Shown here piece by piece: positions 38,908-48,773 of a DNA stretch of 64,000 nucleotides; within the stretch, counting starts at the first letter, position 1; every line of letters begins with the position of its first letter. Source of the DNA: an uncultured Methanosarcinaceae archaeon. Its GTDB lineage: Archaea; Halobacteriota; Methanosarcinia; Methanosarcinales; Methanosarcinaceae. The DNA lies in NCBI GenBank assembly GCA_963847185.1, contig CAWJYV010000010.1, positions 224,001-288,000 of the forward strand, given 5' to 3'. A program made the position numbers and the translations under genes. The notes below the pieces were generated by a model that made no database searches, was not told where the DNA came from, and saw only the letters and a list, made by a program, of their open reading frames with translations.

Positions 38908-39749
38908 TTTTTCCTACTCCAGGTTCTAAACAGCAAAATTATTATAATTATATGAAAGTCAAATAAGTATTATAAAGATTAAATAATTATTAGAAAGTCA
39001 ACTTTATTCAAAGAAGCTAAATCTTTGTATAATTTCTGAAGACTTCATTTAATACTTCTTTAAATTTGAAGATTTAATGATATTCCAGACCATTTCATTA
39101 TATTTCATATTTTCCATATATTTTATAGTACTCTATATAACCTATAGGCCTATATATGACTCTTTATAGTATATACTATGTTTCAGATTTATGTTTTGAT
39201 ATGAAAAATCTGGTTCATGATCAACTTTATTTCCATACTTTGCTTAATCATCTGAGTTTTCAAGATATAACAGCCATATTTTAAGCAGGGTTCAGAAGCT
39301 GCAAGTTTTCTGACTGAAAATGAAGTAAATAAGTTTTGGATTAAAAACGCGTAGATGGTAATTAAAAAACGCAAAATTTTTATTTTAGTATGCCTTCACC
39401 TCAACCTAATATGAAAAATTATAAAGATGCGACAGTAAAAAAATAGAGTATGTCAGGTGAAAATACATTAGGTAACAAATTAAAAAGTAAAATCATTATC
39501 TTCGGTTTAACTATTGAGTTTATAAGTGCTAATAGCTGGTTAATAACTGGTTGGTTATAAAGTAGTTTTTAGAGAATATATTGAAGTTTTTGTGGAAAGA
39601 GCAGAATAAGGCACAAGACTATACAGAAGGGTAAAAAGTAGGCAAAACATTTCCCTTCATATAAATTCTGGTTTATTGTAAATTCTGGTTTTTGGAACAT
39701 AACTTTTAGCCTCGGCTTTAGCCGTTTACTCAAAAAGTTTCCCTTAAAT

Positions 39750-40418
39750 TCAGGTTCCAGGTTCACTAAATCTATGGTTTTTCAGATCCTCTTTCCTTAT
39801 ATTTTCCCTGAGAAGGTCAAGCACCTCTTCGTCCGAGACATCATACCAATTTTCATAAGCCTGAGCAACAGCCCTGAAATATGAAGGAATTTCAAGCACA
39901 ATGAGTTCATCGATTTTTTTCTTAATCTCTTCTGCGACCTCTCTTCCAGCTACAGGTACTGCAACCACAATTTTTTCAGCTCCCTTTTTTTTGCAAAGTT
40001 CAATTGCTGCCCGCATTGTAGAACCCATTGCGATGCCGTCATCTATAAGGATCACGGTTTTTCCTCTGATCTCAGGCAGAGGGTTTCCTCCCCTGAGAGT
40101 TTTTACACGCCTCTCGATCTCGTCAATCTGCTCGTGTTTGATTCTCTCAATAGTTTCCTCCGGAAGCCAGGAATGCACATTTTCAATAATGAAAGTGCTG
40201 CCGTTCTCAGCTACTGCTCCGAAACCGGCTTCTGGATTATCCGGAAAAGGCATCTTCCTTGCGATAACGAGAAAAATGTCTGCATCCAGCTTCTTTGCAA
40301 CCTGCAGTCCAACTTCCACTCCTCCGCGTGGAATAGCAAGAATAAGAGGATTTTCTGCCCTGTACTTCTCAAGAGCGCTCGCAAGCTTTTCTCCTGCATC
40401 TTTACGGTTTTTGAACAT
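39750..40418 (-). CDS. Phosphoribosyltransferase-domain protein
   Basis: FKNRKDAG, AIPRGGV and VILIDDGIAMGST. ATG at 40418 preferred (GGTGG SD). Confidence 0.9.
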   Translation of the reverse strand: MFKNRKDAGEKLASALEKYRAENPLILAIPRGGVEVGLQVAKKLDADIFLVIARKMPFPDNPEAGFGAVAENGSTFIIENVHSWLPEETIERIKHEQIDEIERRVKTLRGGNPLPEIRGKTVILIDDGIAMGSTMRAAIELCKKKGAEKIVVAVPVAGREVAEEIKKKIDELIVLEIPSYFRAVAQAYENWYDVSDEEVLDLLRENIRKEDLKNHRFSEPGT

Positions 40419-40475
40419 ACTTCCCACCTTTACATTCAAAAATAATTCTACTTCTCAGTAGCAAAAACACCAATA

Positions 40476-41186
40476 TTACACAATCCTAATCGAACGCCTG
40501 TAAACCTCGACTGAAGAACCTGAAGGAAGAGTCGTTTCGGGCAAACAGAGTTCCAGAACTTTTCTTGCAACATCTTCGGGCTTGAGGACAGGTTCATCCG
40601 AATGCAATGATCGATACATACGTGTATCCACACTTGCAGGGCAGACTGCATACACCTGAAGCCCGCCTCCTACTTCATAAGCAAGAGCTTCTGTGAAACC
40701 AATCACTGCAAATTTTGAAGCACAATATATTGAAAGCTTCGGTATACCATGCTTTCCTGCCCCTGAAGAAATATTTACTATCCTGCCTTCTCCCCTTTTA
40801 AGCAGATAGGGTAAAGCGTACTTTGTACAGAAGAACATACCTTTTACATTTGTATCCATAATTCTATCGTATTCTTCTGTTGAAGTATCTACAAGGTGCT
40901 TCCTGTATGCCACTCCGGCATCGTTCACAAGGATGTCAATTCTTCCAAAGGCGTTTACTGTCTGTGATATCATATTTACGACTTCCTCTTCTTTTCGGAT
41001 GTCAGTGCTTACTGCAAGAGACTTTCGCCCTTCGTTTTCCACCAACCTGGCAGTTTCTCGAATTTCTTTTTCGGTTCTTGCGGCGATTACAATGTCTGCT
41101 CCCTCTTTCGCGAGCATCAGACATATTGCCCTCCCAATCCCTCTTCCTCCACCTGTTACAATGGCTGTCTGACCTTTTAGTTTCAT
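40476..41186 (-). CDS. SDR family oxidoreductase
   Basis: TGGGRGIG and YCASK; start at MKLKGQ (41186). Confidence 0.92.
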   Translation of the reverse strand: MKLKGQTAIVTGGGRGIGRAICLMLAKEGADIVIAARTEKEIRETARLVENEGRKSLAVSTDIRKEEEVVNMISQTVNAFGRIDILVNDAGVAYRKHLVDTSTEEYDRIMDTNVKGMFFCTKYALPYLLKRGEGRIVNISSGAGKHGIPKLSIYCASKFAVIGFTEALAYEVGGGLQVYAVCPASVDTRMYRSLHSDEPVLKPEDVARKVLELCLPETTLPSGSSVEVYRRSIRIV

Positions 41187-41465
41187 AGCAGTCACTTTGC
41201 TATAGCCCCCACTGTGAGAATCAAAACATAGCAAACTAAAAAGAATCCATTACTTTATCTTAAAAAGCGTAACTCATGAGTTTAATATAAATATCGAGCA
41301 ATATAGGGATATATTTTTGGAAACAAAGCTTCTGAAACTGGATTTTTAGCCATGCCTCTAAAAAATAGTCTTTCTTCTCAATAGAATGGGATTAAAGCGG
41401 TTAGAATTGCAAAAGTGGATAAATATATTTTCCCTGGGCAAATATATTTACCCTAATATTATTTT

Positions 41466-41612
41466 AGAGCTGAGAGACTGGAGGAGCCTGTATCTCTATT
41501 ATTTTGCCGGATGCCGATGTTGAATCCGGAAAGGCAAGTTTCAGAAACTTTTGTTCAACGTATTCAGGTTTGAGTGCGTGCCCTTCAGGATAAATATCCG
41601 CACCGGGCATAT
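41466..41612 (+). ncRNA. Candidate sRNA made of contiguous hairpins
   Basis: GC-richer intergenic block with CCGGAT..ATCCGG, AAGTTT..AAACTT, ACGTATTCA..TGAGTGCGT (G-U on +) and TGCCC..GGGCA; TATA-like palindrome upstream. Confidence 0.35.
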
Positions 41613-41626
41613 AATTACATTCGTCT

Positions 41627-41727
41627 GTACGCGAGTCATTATCAATTCCGGAAAAGAGAGTAAATCCTCATATTTGAGAAAAATATTGAGAGATTCTTAT
41701 GCTTTCGGTTTTCAATGACTCATATCC
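41627..41727. mobile_element. MITE-like repeat family A, copy 3
   Basis: GAGTCATT-ATCAATTCC...GAGATTCTTATGCTTTCGGTTTTCAATGACTCATATCC. Confidence 0.6.
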
Positions 41728-41792
41728 ATCACCATTTCTCCTTCCATTTATTTTTTAATCTTTCAATTCTTAGTCCTTTTATGATCTCTTTA

Positions 41793-42050
41793 TTACAAAT
41801 ATTCTTCATCAATATAGCAGTACTTCCAATCTTCCCCAGGCTGATAAGATTGAATTACAGGATGTCCCGCTTCCACAAAATGCTTTGTGGCATGCTTGTT
41901 TTTTGACTGATCACAGCATCCAATGTGCCCACAGGTCAGGCAGATTCTCAGGTGTACCCAGGTGTCCCCTATTCTCAAGCATTCTTCGCATCCTTTTGAA
42001 CCAGGCTCAACGTCTGTTATTTCTATCATATTTTTGTGTGTACATACCAT
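41793..42050 (-). CDS. Stand-alone UBP-type zinc finger protein
   Basis: CEEC...WVHLRICLTCGHIGCCD...HATKHF...HP...W.YCY.D. Confidence 0.9.
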   Translation of the reverse strand: MVCTHKNMIEITDVEPGSKGCEECLRIGDTWVHLRICLTCGHIGCCDQSKNKHATKHFVEAGHPVIQSYQPGEDWKYCYIDEEYL

Positions 42051-42093
42051 AGAATTCCCTCGTTTGTTACTCATAAATAAAAGAACAGATTAA

Positions 42094-42930
42094 TCATGTA
42101 ACTGTAACTTTTTTAAATCTCCATTTTGCAATAAAAAACATTATTCCTGCAAAAGCTAGCAAAGCCAGAAATGAGACGAGAACTTCACCCTGGGTATAGG
42201 TGTAACGGATCCCTATTGCCGAAAAATCATCTCCTATTGCGAAATATCTTATTCCGCTGACAAGATGCGTTAGCGGGTTAATTAAGGAGAGGGCTTGGAG
42301 CACAGGAGGAAACGAGTTCACAGGATAAAGTGCATTACTCGTAAAAAAGAAAGGCATGGTTAGCAGGGTTATTACTGCCTGCATCCCTTCAGGGCTTTCC
42401 ATGGTTATTGCGATTGCAGCCGAAAGGAAAAGAAACCCCAGAGAAAACGCGCCTATGAAAAGAATTATTCCTATTAATGAACCAAAAACCTGCACAAGGG
42501 TGTAACCCTCAAAAAACTGGACTCCTAAAAGAAGTCCGAATCCCATGATAACTGCTGCCTGAATAAAAGATTTTGTCATTCCCGAAAGCCCTATTCCTAT
42601 AATGATATGGATTCTGGGGAGGGGGCTTGAAAGGGTTTCTCGCATAAGCCCCCAGTTTTTATCAAAAAGCAGCACTGTACCTCCGAAAAGACTCGTAAAA
42701 AGCGTGGTCATGGCAATAACGCCTGCACCTATGAAAGTAAGATAACCTACAGTCTTGATGCCTGGGACTACTGGCAGGGTTGCAGTCAGTCTTTCAAAGT
42801 TGTTTGACATTGCAATTCCGAAAAAGGCCAGCCAGAGAGCAGGCTGTACAAGAGAAGCAAAGAGGAGGGTTCGGAACCGGACAAACCTCAGCATGTCCCG
42901 CCAGTATATAGTAAGAAACCCTGTATGCAT
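42094..42930 (-). CDS. ABC-2 type transporter permease
   Basis: LVQPALWL, FTSNALYP and NPLTHLVSGIR. Confidence 0.9.
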   Translation of the reverse strand: MHTGFLTIYWRDMLRFVRFRTLLFASLVQPALWLAFFGIAMSNNFERLTATLPVVPGIKTVGYLTFIGAGVIAMTTLFTSLFGGTVLLFDKNWGLMRETLSSPLPRIHIIIGIGLSGMTKSFIQAAVIMGFGLLLGVQFFEGYTLVQVFGSLIGIILFIGAFSLGFLFLSAAIAITMESPEGMQAVITLLTMPFFFTSNALYPVNSFPPVLQALSLINPLTHLVSGIRYFAIGDDFSAIGIRYTYTQGEVLVSFLALLAFAGIMFFIAKWRFKKVTVT

Positions 42931-42933
42931 CTC

Positions 42934-43911
42934 TTAACGTCCCCCTGGTCTCAAGAGAACCTTTTCTGTCCCAGTGTCCCTCAGCTCTCTTCCGGTATAG
43001 TGGACAAAAACATCATCCATTGACGGTTTTTTGAGGTTTACGGCCTTAATCCTGATGCCCCCATTTCGAAGTTTATCCATAATCTCAGGCAGCAGATAGG
43101 TACCATCCACGTTGACCATGACAACTATCCCTTTTGTTTTTTCCCTTACCCCTTTCACGCTTTCGAGTTTATTCAGCAAATCGGTAGCTGCCAGGTTGTC
43201 ACTGGTTTCCAGATATATAAGATCCTCGCCGAGTGCGTTTTTTAGCTCCCACGGTTTTCCTGTAACAATAATTTTCCCGTGATCTATTATGCTTATCCTG
43301 TCGCTGAGCTGGTCGGCTTCGTCCATATAATGTGTTGTCAGGAAAATAGTTGTTCCCTGCCGGTTAATGTCCCTCACATAATCCCAGATCCTTATTCGTG
43401 TCTGGGGGTCAAGCCCTATTGTAGGCTCGTCCATGAAAAGCACTTTAGGGCGGGTCATAAGCCCTCGTGCGATCTCAAGCCTGCGCTTCATCCCTCCACT
43501 CAGGTGCCTTGTCAGGGTATCACGCTTTCCTTCAAGCTCAACCAGGCCAAGAAGCTCCTCAATCCGTTCCTTCCTTTCAGCTTTTGGCATGGAATAGAGC
43601 CTTCCATGATATTCCAGAATTTCCTGCGCAGTCATATCCCTATCAAGAGTCAGCTCCTGAAAGACAATCCCTATGGATTCCCTGACCTTTTCTGGCTCGG
43701 TTTTCAAATCAAACCCCGCAATTTTTGCGCTTCCTCTCTGAACAGGCAGGAGAGTGATAAGAACATTGATTACAGTACTCTTTCCTGCTCCATTTGGCCC
43801 GAGAAATGAGAATATCTCTCCTTCAGTAACTGCAAAGCTGATATTATCGACTGCTTTTACCTCGCCGAAAAAGTACTCAAGGCTGTTTACTTCAATGATA
43901 TTGTTTTCCAG
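42934..43911 (-). CDS. ABC transporter ATP-binding protein (DrrA-like), probable CTG start
   Basis: The frame stays open upstream of the track start and includes Walker A GPNGAGKS; also LSGGM and FMDEPT. No ATG/GTG/TTG lies upstream of Walker A before the in-frame stop. Confidence 0.88.
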   Translation of the reverse strand: MENNIIEVNSLEYFFGEVKAVDNISFAVTEGEIFSFLGPNGAGKSTVINVLITLLPVQRGSAKIAGFDLKTEPEKVRESIGIVFQELTLDRDMTAQEILEYHGRLYSMPKAERKERIEELLGLVELEGKRDTLTRHLSGGMKRRLEIARGLMTRPKVLFMDEPTIGLDPQTRIRIWDYVRDINRQGTTIFLTTHYMDEADQLSDRISIIDHGKIIVTGKPWELKNALGEDLIYLETSDNLAATDLLNKLESVKGVREKTKGIVVMVNVDGTYLLPEIMDKLRNGGIRIKAVNLKKPSMDDVFVHYTGRELRDTGTEKVLLRPGGR

Positions 43912-44205
43912 AATCAGTACCCCATCTGCCTTTTCCCATTAGGAAATTGAACCTTCAATGATAAATCGTTTTTTATAGACGTTTTTACAGAAAGGATATG
44001 GCTGATGAATCTGGATAAATATGGATAAATCTAAGAAGCCTTTGTGCAGGGCCTTTCAGGTGGATCCTTGAATCAAAGCAGGTGAATCTTTGAATCAAAG
44101 GCTATAGAACTAGAAATTGAAGAATAAAAATTAAAGAGAGAATAAAGCAGTGAAAAAGCACTGTAGCTTCTTTGCTATTCCCGGATCTTTTCTATGTCTG
44201 GCTCT

Positions 44206-44813
44206 TTACTGAGGCGGCATTAAAACCTTATCTATCTGGTGAATCACACCATTGCTGGCCTTAATATCTGCTTCTGTTATATTTGCGCCTCCAACCTGAA
44301 CGCCGTTAGCTGTCACATTGATAGTGAGTTCCGCTCCTTCAAGTGTCTTTACACTTGTCATATTTTCAAGATCGTTTTTCATCAGTATTTTATCCCCGAC
44401 AACGTGGTAAGTCAGGACTTTTGTGAGCTCCTTGGTATTATTTTCAAGTGCAGGAACTGCATTTTCAGGAAGTTCGGCAAAGGCTTCATCAGTCGGAGCA
44501 AAAACAGTATAAAATCCGTTCTCCGGCCAGAGACCTTTTCAAGTCCTGCAGAATTGATAAGTTCAACTAAGGTTACGAAATTTCTGTCAGCTAATACTTG
44601 CATAACGTTTCTATCGCTTTTCTCTACAACATTTGTAACTTCTTGAGGAACCCCTTCAGCTTCCTTAGTCAAATTCTCGCTTTTATTTTCCACTTTTTTG
44701 GTTTCATTATATGCTCTTTCAGTTTCATTTTTCTCTGTTTTTTGAGCACAACCGGAAGCAAATACTAGTGAAATGACCAGCAATACGATAAGCACAGCTC
44801 CGAAAAGTTTCAT
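44206..44813 (-). pseudogene. Fasciclin (FAS1) domain lipoprotein, frameshifted near 44530
   Basis: ASGC lipobox; the +2 frame continues FYTVFAPTDEAF...LTYHVV...ASNGVIHQIDKVLMPPQ*. Confidence 0.88.
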
Positions 44814-45205
44814 TTTCCTGATAATTTCTACCCCCTTTCATTTCATACAATATGCAAAATAGAAATGCACATAATAGAAATGTACATCTATAGATTAATA
44901 TATATCAAGCTTTATATAATTTGTCTCTGACACGCTGCACATTTCCCGCAGAGATTTCTTAAAAAACAGCTTCGTTGGATAAATGGAATCTCTGAAATGA
45001 AGCATCAAATGCCCAAGATTAGCAAAAGCCGGTAACGTAACATAGGCACTGGAAGAAAATAATGAGCTATCATCCTAATGAGCTATCATCCTGAAACTCA
45101 GAAGGAAAAAAGCGGTGATTCTCATAGTAAAGAGTGGTGATTCTCACATTGGAGTTTTCAAATCACCCTTTTTGTCAAATAATTCGATTATATGCTTACA
45201 TTAAT

Positions 45206-45604
45206 TTATTGAGAAAACAAACTGGCTACAAGATAAGAGCCCAGCATGAAGTTCATAATCCATAAAATTGCAAGAGTTTGCATATTCCTTTTATTTTTCC
45301 ATGCTCTTTTGATTTTCAAGCTTCCTTTGTTTATCACAAAGATAAATCCAATAAACAAGACAATAATTCCTGTTAAACTATGGATTAAAACCAAAGGAGA
45401 AACATTACCAGAAACTACAGAATAATATACAAACGATAACATCCGAGGAAGAGATAAAATCACAAGCAGATATGAAAATGTAAGTATTGTATCATGGATT
45501 TTTAATTTATACTTCTTAAATTTACCTAGTCTCATTTTCATCGCAATGGATCCTGCTATTACAAGAATTAAGGCTATCACTTGAAAAGAACCTGGGATCA
45601 ACAC
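45206..45604 (-). CDS. Hypothetical 4-TM membrane protein
   Basis: Four hydrophobic segments, two His residues in TM helices, GGAGGG SD. Confidence 0.7.
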   Translation of the reverse strand: MLIPGSFQVIALILVIAGSIAMKMRLGKFKKYKLKIHDTILTFSYLLVILSLPRMLSFVYYSVVSGNVSPLVLIHSLTGIIVLFIGFIFVINKGSLKIKRAWKNKRNMQTLAILWIMNFMLGSYLVASLFSQ

Positions 45605-45749
45605 CCCTCCATAGATAATTATTTTTATCGAAGTTTCAGGGCTACTAACATATTAGGTTTTTGTGTAATATTATTTTTATAATTCGGTTTTTACTTCGGT
45701 TTCTAAAAAAACGGATTAAAATATATTTAGGGTCCTTCAAAATCAATGT

Positions 45750-45933
45750 GTAACTTAAGATCCCAGAATGCTTATTTCAAGCTATATACATATAATTAAA
45801 GTTCCCAAACTAAAAATACGCTCCAAAAATCAAAATTTTAAGTAACTTAAGATCCCAGAATGCTTATTTCAAGCTATATACATATAATTAAAGTTCCCAA
45901 ACTAAAAATACGCTCCAAAAATCAAAATTTTAA
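45750..45933. repeat. Perfect 92-bp tandem duplication
   Basis: 45750-45841 is identical to 45842-45933. Confidence 0.92.
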
Positions 45934-46385
45934 GATAATAAATGAAATTAAGCTCTGAAATCGATAACTGAATATAATAGGAGCTTCATTTTTTACAAAC
46001 TATATTTATTTGGAACTACGACATCCAACTACATTTTTCTATATGCTAAGTTTAACATTAAAAAAGATTAATAAGCTTTTAAAAATTAAATTGAGTGTAT
46101 TACTCTTTTTAAATACAAAATAGACTATTTTACGTCTGTATTTTACTCTGGGGAACAATGAAAAAACATCTAATCTAGAAAATAAGGTCTATTAATCCTT
46201 AAAAAGTGAACTAATTTTTAAGAACCCTAACATATATGTAAAGAAAAAAAGCTTATTTTTAGCTAAGGCAACTTTAGGAAGAGAGAATAATTAGTTTTTG
46301 ACTTGATAACTTCTGAAAATTGGTTGTGCATTATTTATAAAAACGTGCGTTGCATTTTTTCACGTTACCTATACCCCGCGCTAAA

Positions 46386-46428
46386 CAGGCTGTCCGACAA
46401 CTACCAAAGGTAATTGTCGGACAGCCTG
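46386..46428. mobile_element. 43-bp palindrome resembling two fused IS terminal inverted repeats
   Basis: CAGGCTGTCCGACAACTACC-AAA-GGTAATTGTCGGACAGCCTG; 20-bp arms with 1 mismatch. Confidence 0.55.
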
Positions 46429-46875
46429 ACATATAGGGGTTTACTGTATAGATGCTTGAAATCGAAAGTGGTACTCAGCCGGTTTGGTATAAAAACAAAT
46501 TATTCATTAGAGTTGGGGCAGGTCAAAAGGAAGTTACAGGGGAAGAAACAAATTCGGTATACAATCTGTTTAAATAAACTCCTTAAATAACCCTTTCCAG
46601 TATTGAAATATATCACGAATTTTACTAAGAGGTGGAAAATAATTAGTATTTTACACATATTTTACACCTCCTATTGATGCTGTTTTATTATTTACTGTAA
46701 AATTTGCAATTTCTTTTGATACCGTTTTACTATTTTACTTGTAAAATTTACATTTTACAGTAAAAGTGTGCGCATTTTTACTTTTGGCCTGCTTGACCGT
46801 TAAAAAGGGGATTATCTTAAAATCAGAGTATGTTTAAACTTTATTGACATACTACCTAAAGATAATATAAGGAGT

Positions 46876-47280
46876 ATGATACTATTGAACGAAGCTCTAC
46901 TCATCGCTCCCTGCGGAATGAATTGTTGCATTTGCGTGGCTTACTTAAGGAAGAAAAATAAATGTCCAGGATGTAGAATTGATGCTAACAAACCTATTAC
47001 TCGAGTCATATGCAAAATAAAAACATGTGAAACTTTAACAAAAAACGAATTAACATTTTGTTTTGAATGTGAAAGCTTTCCTTGCAAAAATTTAAAGCAT
47101 CTGGACAAAAGGTATCGTACCAGATACAGTATGAGTATGATTGAAAATTTTGAAAACATTAAAAAACTTGGCATAGAGGAATTTCTAAGAAATGAAAAAA
47201 TAAGATGGACATGCACCGAATGCGGCGGCACAATCTGTGTTCATAAAGGCTATTGTTATAACTGCGGGAGAAAAATTTGA
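46876..47280 (+). CDS. DUF3795 Cys-rich protein
   Basis: APCGMNC..C, CPGC, CKIKTC, FCFECESFPC and CTECGGTICVH...CYNCG. Confidence 0.85.
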   Translation: MILLNEALLIAPCGMNCCICVAYLRKKNKCPGCRIDANKPITRVICKIKTCETLTKNELTFCFECESFPCKNLKHLDKRYRTRYSMSMIENFENIKKLGIEEFLRNEKIRWTCTECGGTICVHKGYCYNCGRKI

Positions 47281-47336
47281 ATTAAAAATTTTGCCTCTGG
47301 AGGTTTGACGAACTCTAATTTACCGTATATTATGTG

Positions 47337-47408
47337 CATAATAATTGCTCACTTCAATTATTGCTCACATAATAATTGCTCACATCAATTATTGCTCACA
47401 TCAATTGC
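47337..47408. repeat. Short tandem repeat with ATTGCTCAC core, about 4 copies
   Basis: Directly visible. Confidence 0.8.
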
Positions 47409-47494
47409 CTTCACTTCTAATATTTTTAAGGCATAAGGAAACTTTTCATACTGGTGCGGAGATATTAGCTATTTAAATAAAATAAAGGGGACTA

Positions 47495-48097
47495 TTGGAA
47501 TTGGTTTCTTCCAAAATTACTACTGTTTTTTCTCTGATCGCATTTGCAGCTATTCATAGCCTGACTGCGAGCCTGCCCTTCAAACGCTTAATCATGAGGG
47601 TTACTGGTCCCGGAGCAGAAAAGCTCTATCTGCCGGCATACAGCCTCCTTACAGTGCTGACGATATTCCCGCTTGTTTATCAGCTATTTAAAAATCCGGG
47701 GCGGGTTCTCTACAAAATACCTTCGCCCTGGCGCTGGCTCATGGTAGGAGGGCAATTAATTGCCGGAATTCTTGCCCCCATGGCTTTTCGGGATGCTCCG
47801 CATCGGTTCGAAATTCGCTCGCAGCTATCCGGCCCACAGGCTTCCGAAAAAGGTTCCCTGAAAATTAGAGGTATTTACCGCTGGGTAAGGGACCCCTTTT
47901 TACTATCGGGACTGGTCATGATCTGGTTCACTCCCATTATGACCGTCAATCTGCTTATCGTATACCTTTTGACCACTATCTATCTGTTTCTTGGGTCCCT
48001 GCACTGGGAGACAAGGCTGGTGGCGCAATTCGGTGACGAATACCGGGAGTACCAGAAAAGAGTTCACAGAATAATTCCCATTAAGGGGAAGCGTTAA
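47495..48097 (+). CDS. NnrU/ICMT-family membrane methyltransferase-like protein
   Basis: IHSLTA, GIYRWVRDP and WETRLVAQFGDEYREYQKRV. Confidence 0.82.
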   Translation: MELVSSKITTVFSLIAFAAIHSLTASLPFKRLIMRVTGPGAEKLYLPAYSLLTVLTIFPLVYQLFKNPGRVLYKIPSPWRWLMVGGQLIAGILAPMAFRDAPHRFEIRSQLSGPQASEKGSLKIRGIYRWVRDPFLLSGLVMIWFTPIMTVNLLIVYLLTTIYLFLGSLHWETRLVAQFGDEYREYQKRVHRIIPIKGKR

Positions 48098-48216
48098 AGA
48101 ATCGATTAATCCCTAGTATAATATATAACGCTAAATATAATTAAAGCACAATTTAACGTAAATCTCGGAAATACCATAAACCATACCCGGGCGAAACCGG
48201 CAGGCTGGCAAAGCTT

Positions 48217-48699
48217 ATGATAAAAGCAGGCAGTTCCTTTTTTCATAATGGAAAACGCGGTACTATTGGCGCTGTAATCTCGCTCAAAGGAGTGCTTTAC
48301 ATGGTCACGGTTTCTCATGTTTTTCGGAAGGAAGGAGATCGCCTGACAGTTGACGGAGATAAATTTGTCGTTACGCGAATCTTGAAAGACCACGATTTAG
48401 CCCTTATAGCTCTCCCTCCTGATACTTCGGTTGAAATCACGGAATTTGGCAGCCCGATCGAACTGGAACTGGCTGAGCTTATTAATGATACCCGTGTTAT
48501 CCATTACTGCAGGGTGGTTAATTCCGGGGCCTTATTGCTTTTTCTGGGCTTCCAGTGTCATGATATGCCGGGACCGGAAGATAGCGGCTCTCCTATCGTG
48601 CAGGCAGGGAAGGTAATAGGAATAATGTCCTCGACAACGCTGGACACCTGCATGGGAATGGCGTTTTCATCTAAATTTCTCCGCAGTCTGGAATTATAA
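48217..48699 (+). CDS. Small trypsin-like (S1) serine protease
   Basis: VTVSHV (His), DHDLALI (Asp) and EDSGSPIV (Ser). Confidence 0.7.
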   Translation: MIKAGSSFFHNGKRGTIGAVISLKGVLYMVTVSHVFRKEGDRLTVDGDKFVVTRILKDHDLALIALPPDTSVEITEFGSPIELELAELINDTRVIHYCRVVNSGALLLFLGFQCHDMPGPEDSGSPIVQAGKVIGIMSSTTLDTCMGMAFSSKFLRSLEL

Positions 48700-48773
48700 G
48701 AATGCTAAGACAAGATGCTAAGATGCTGAAAATTAATTTCACATGCGATTTTACTTCATATTTTATCCTAAAT

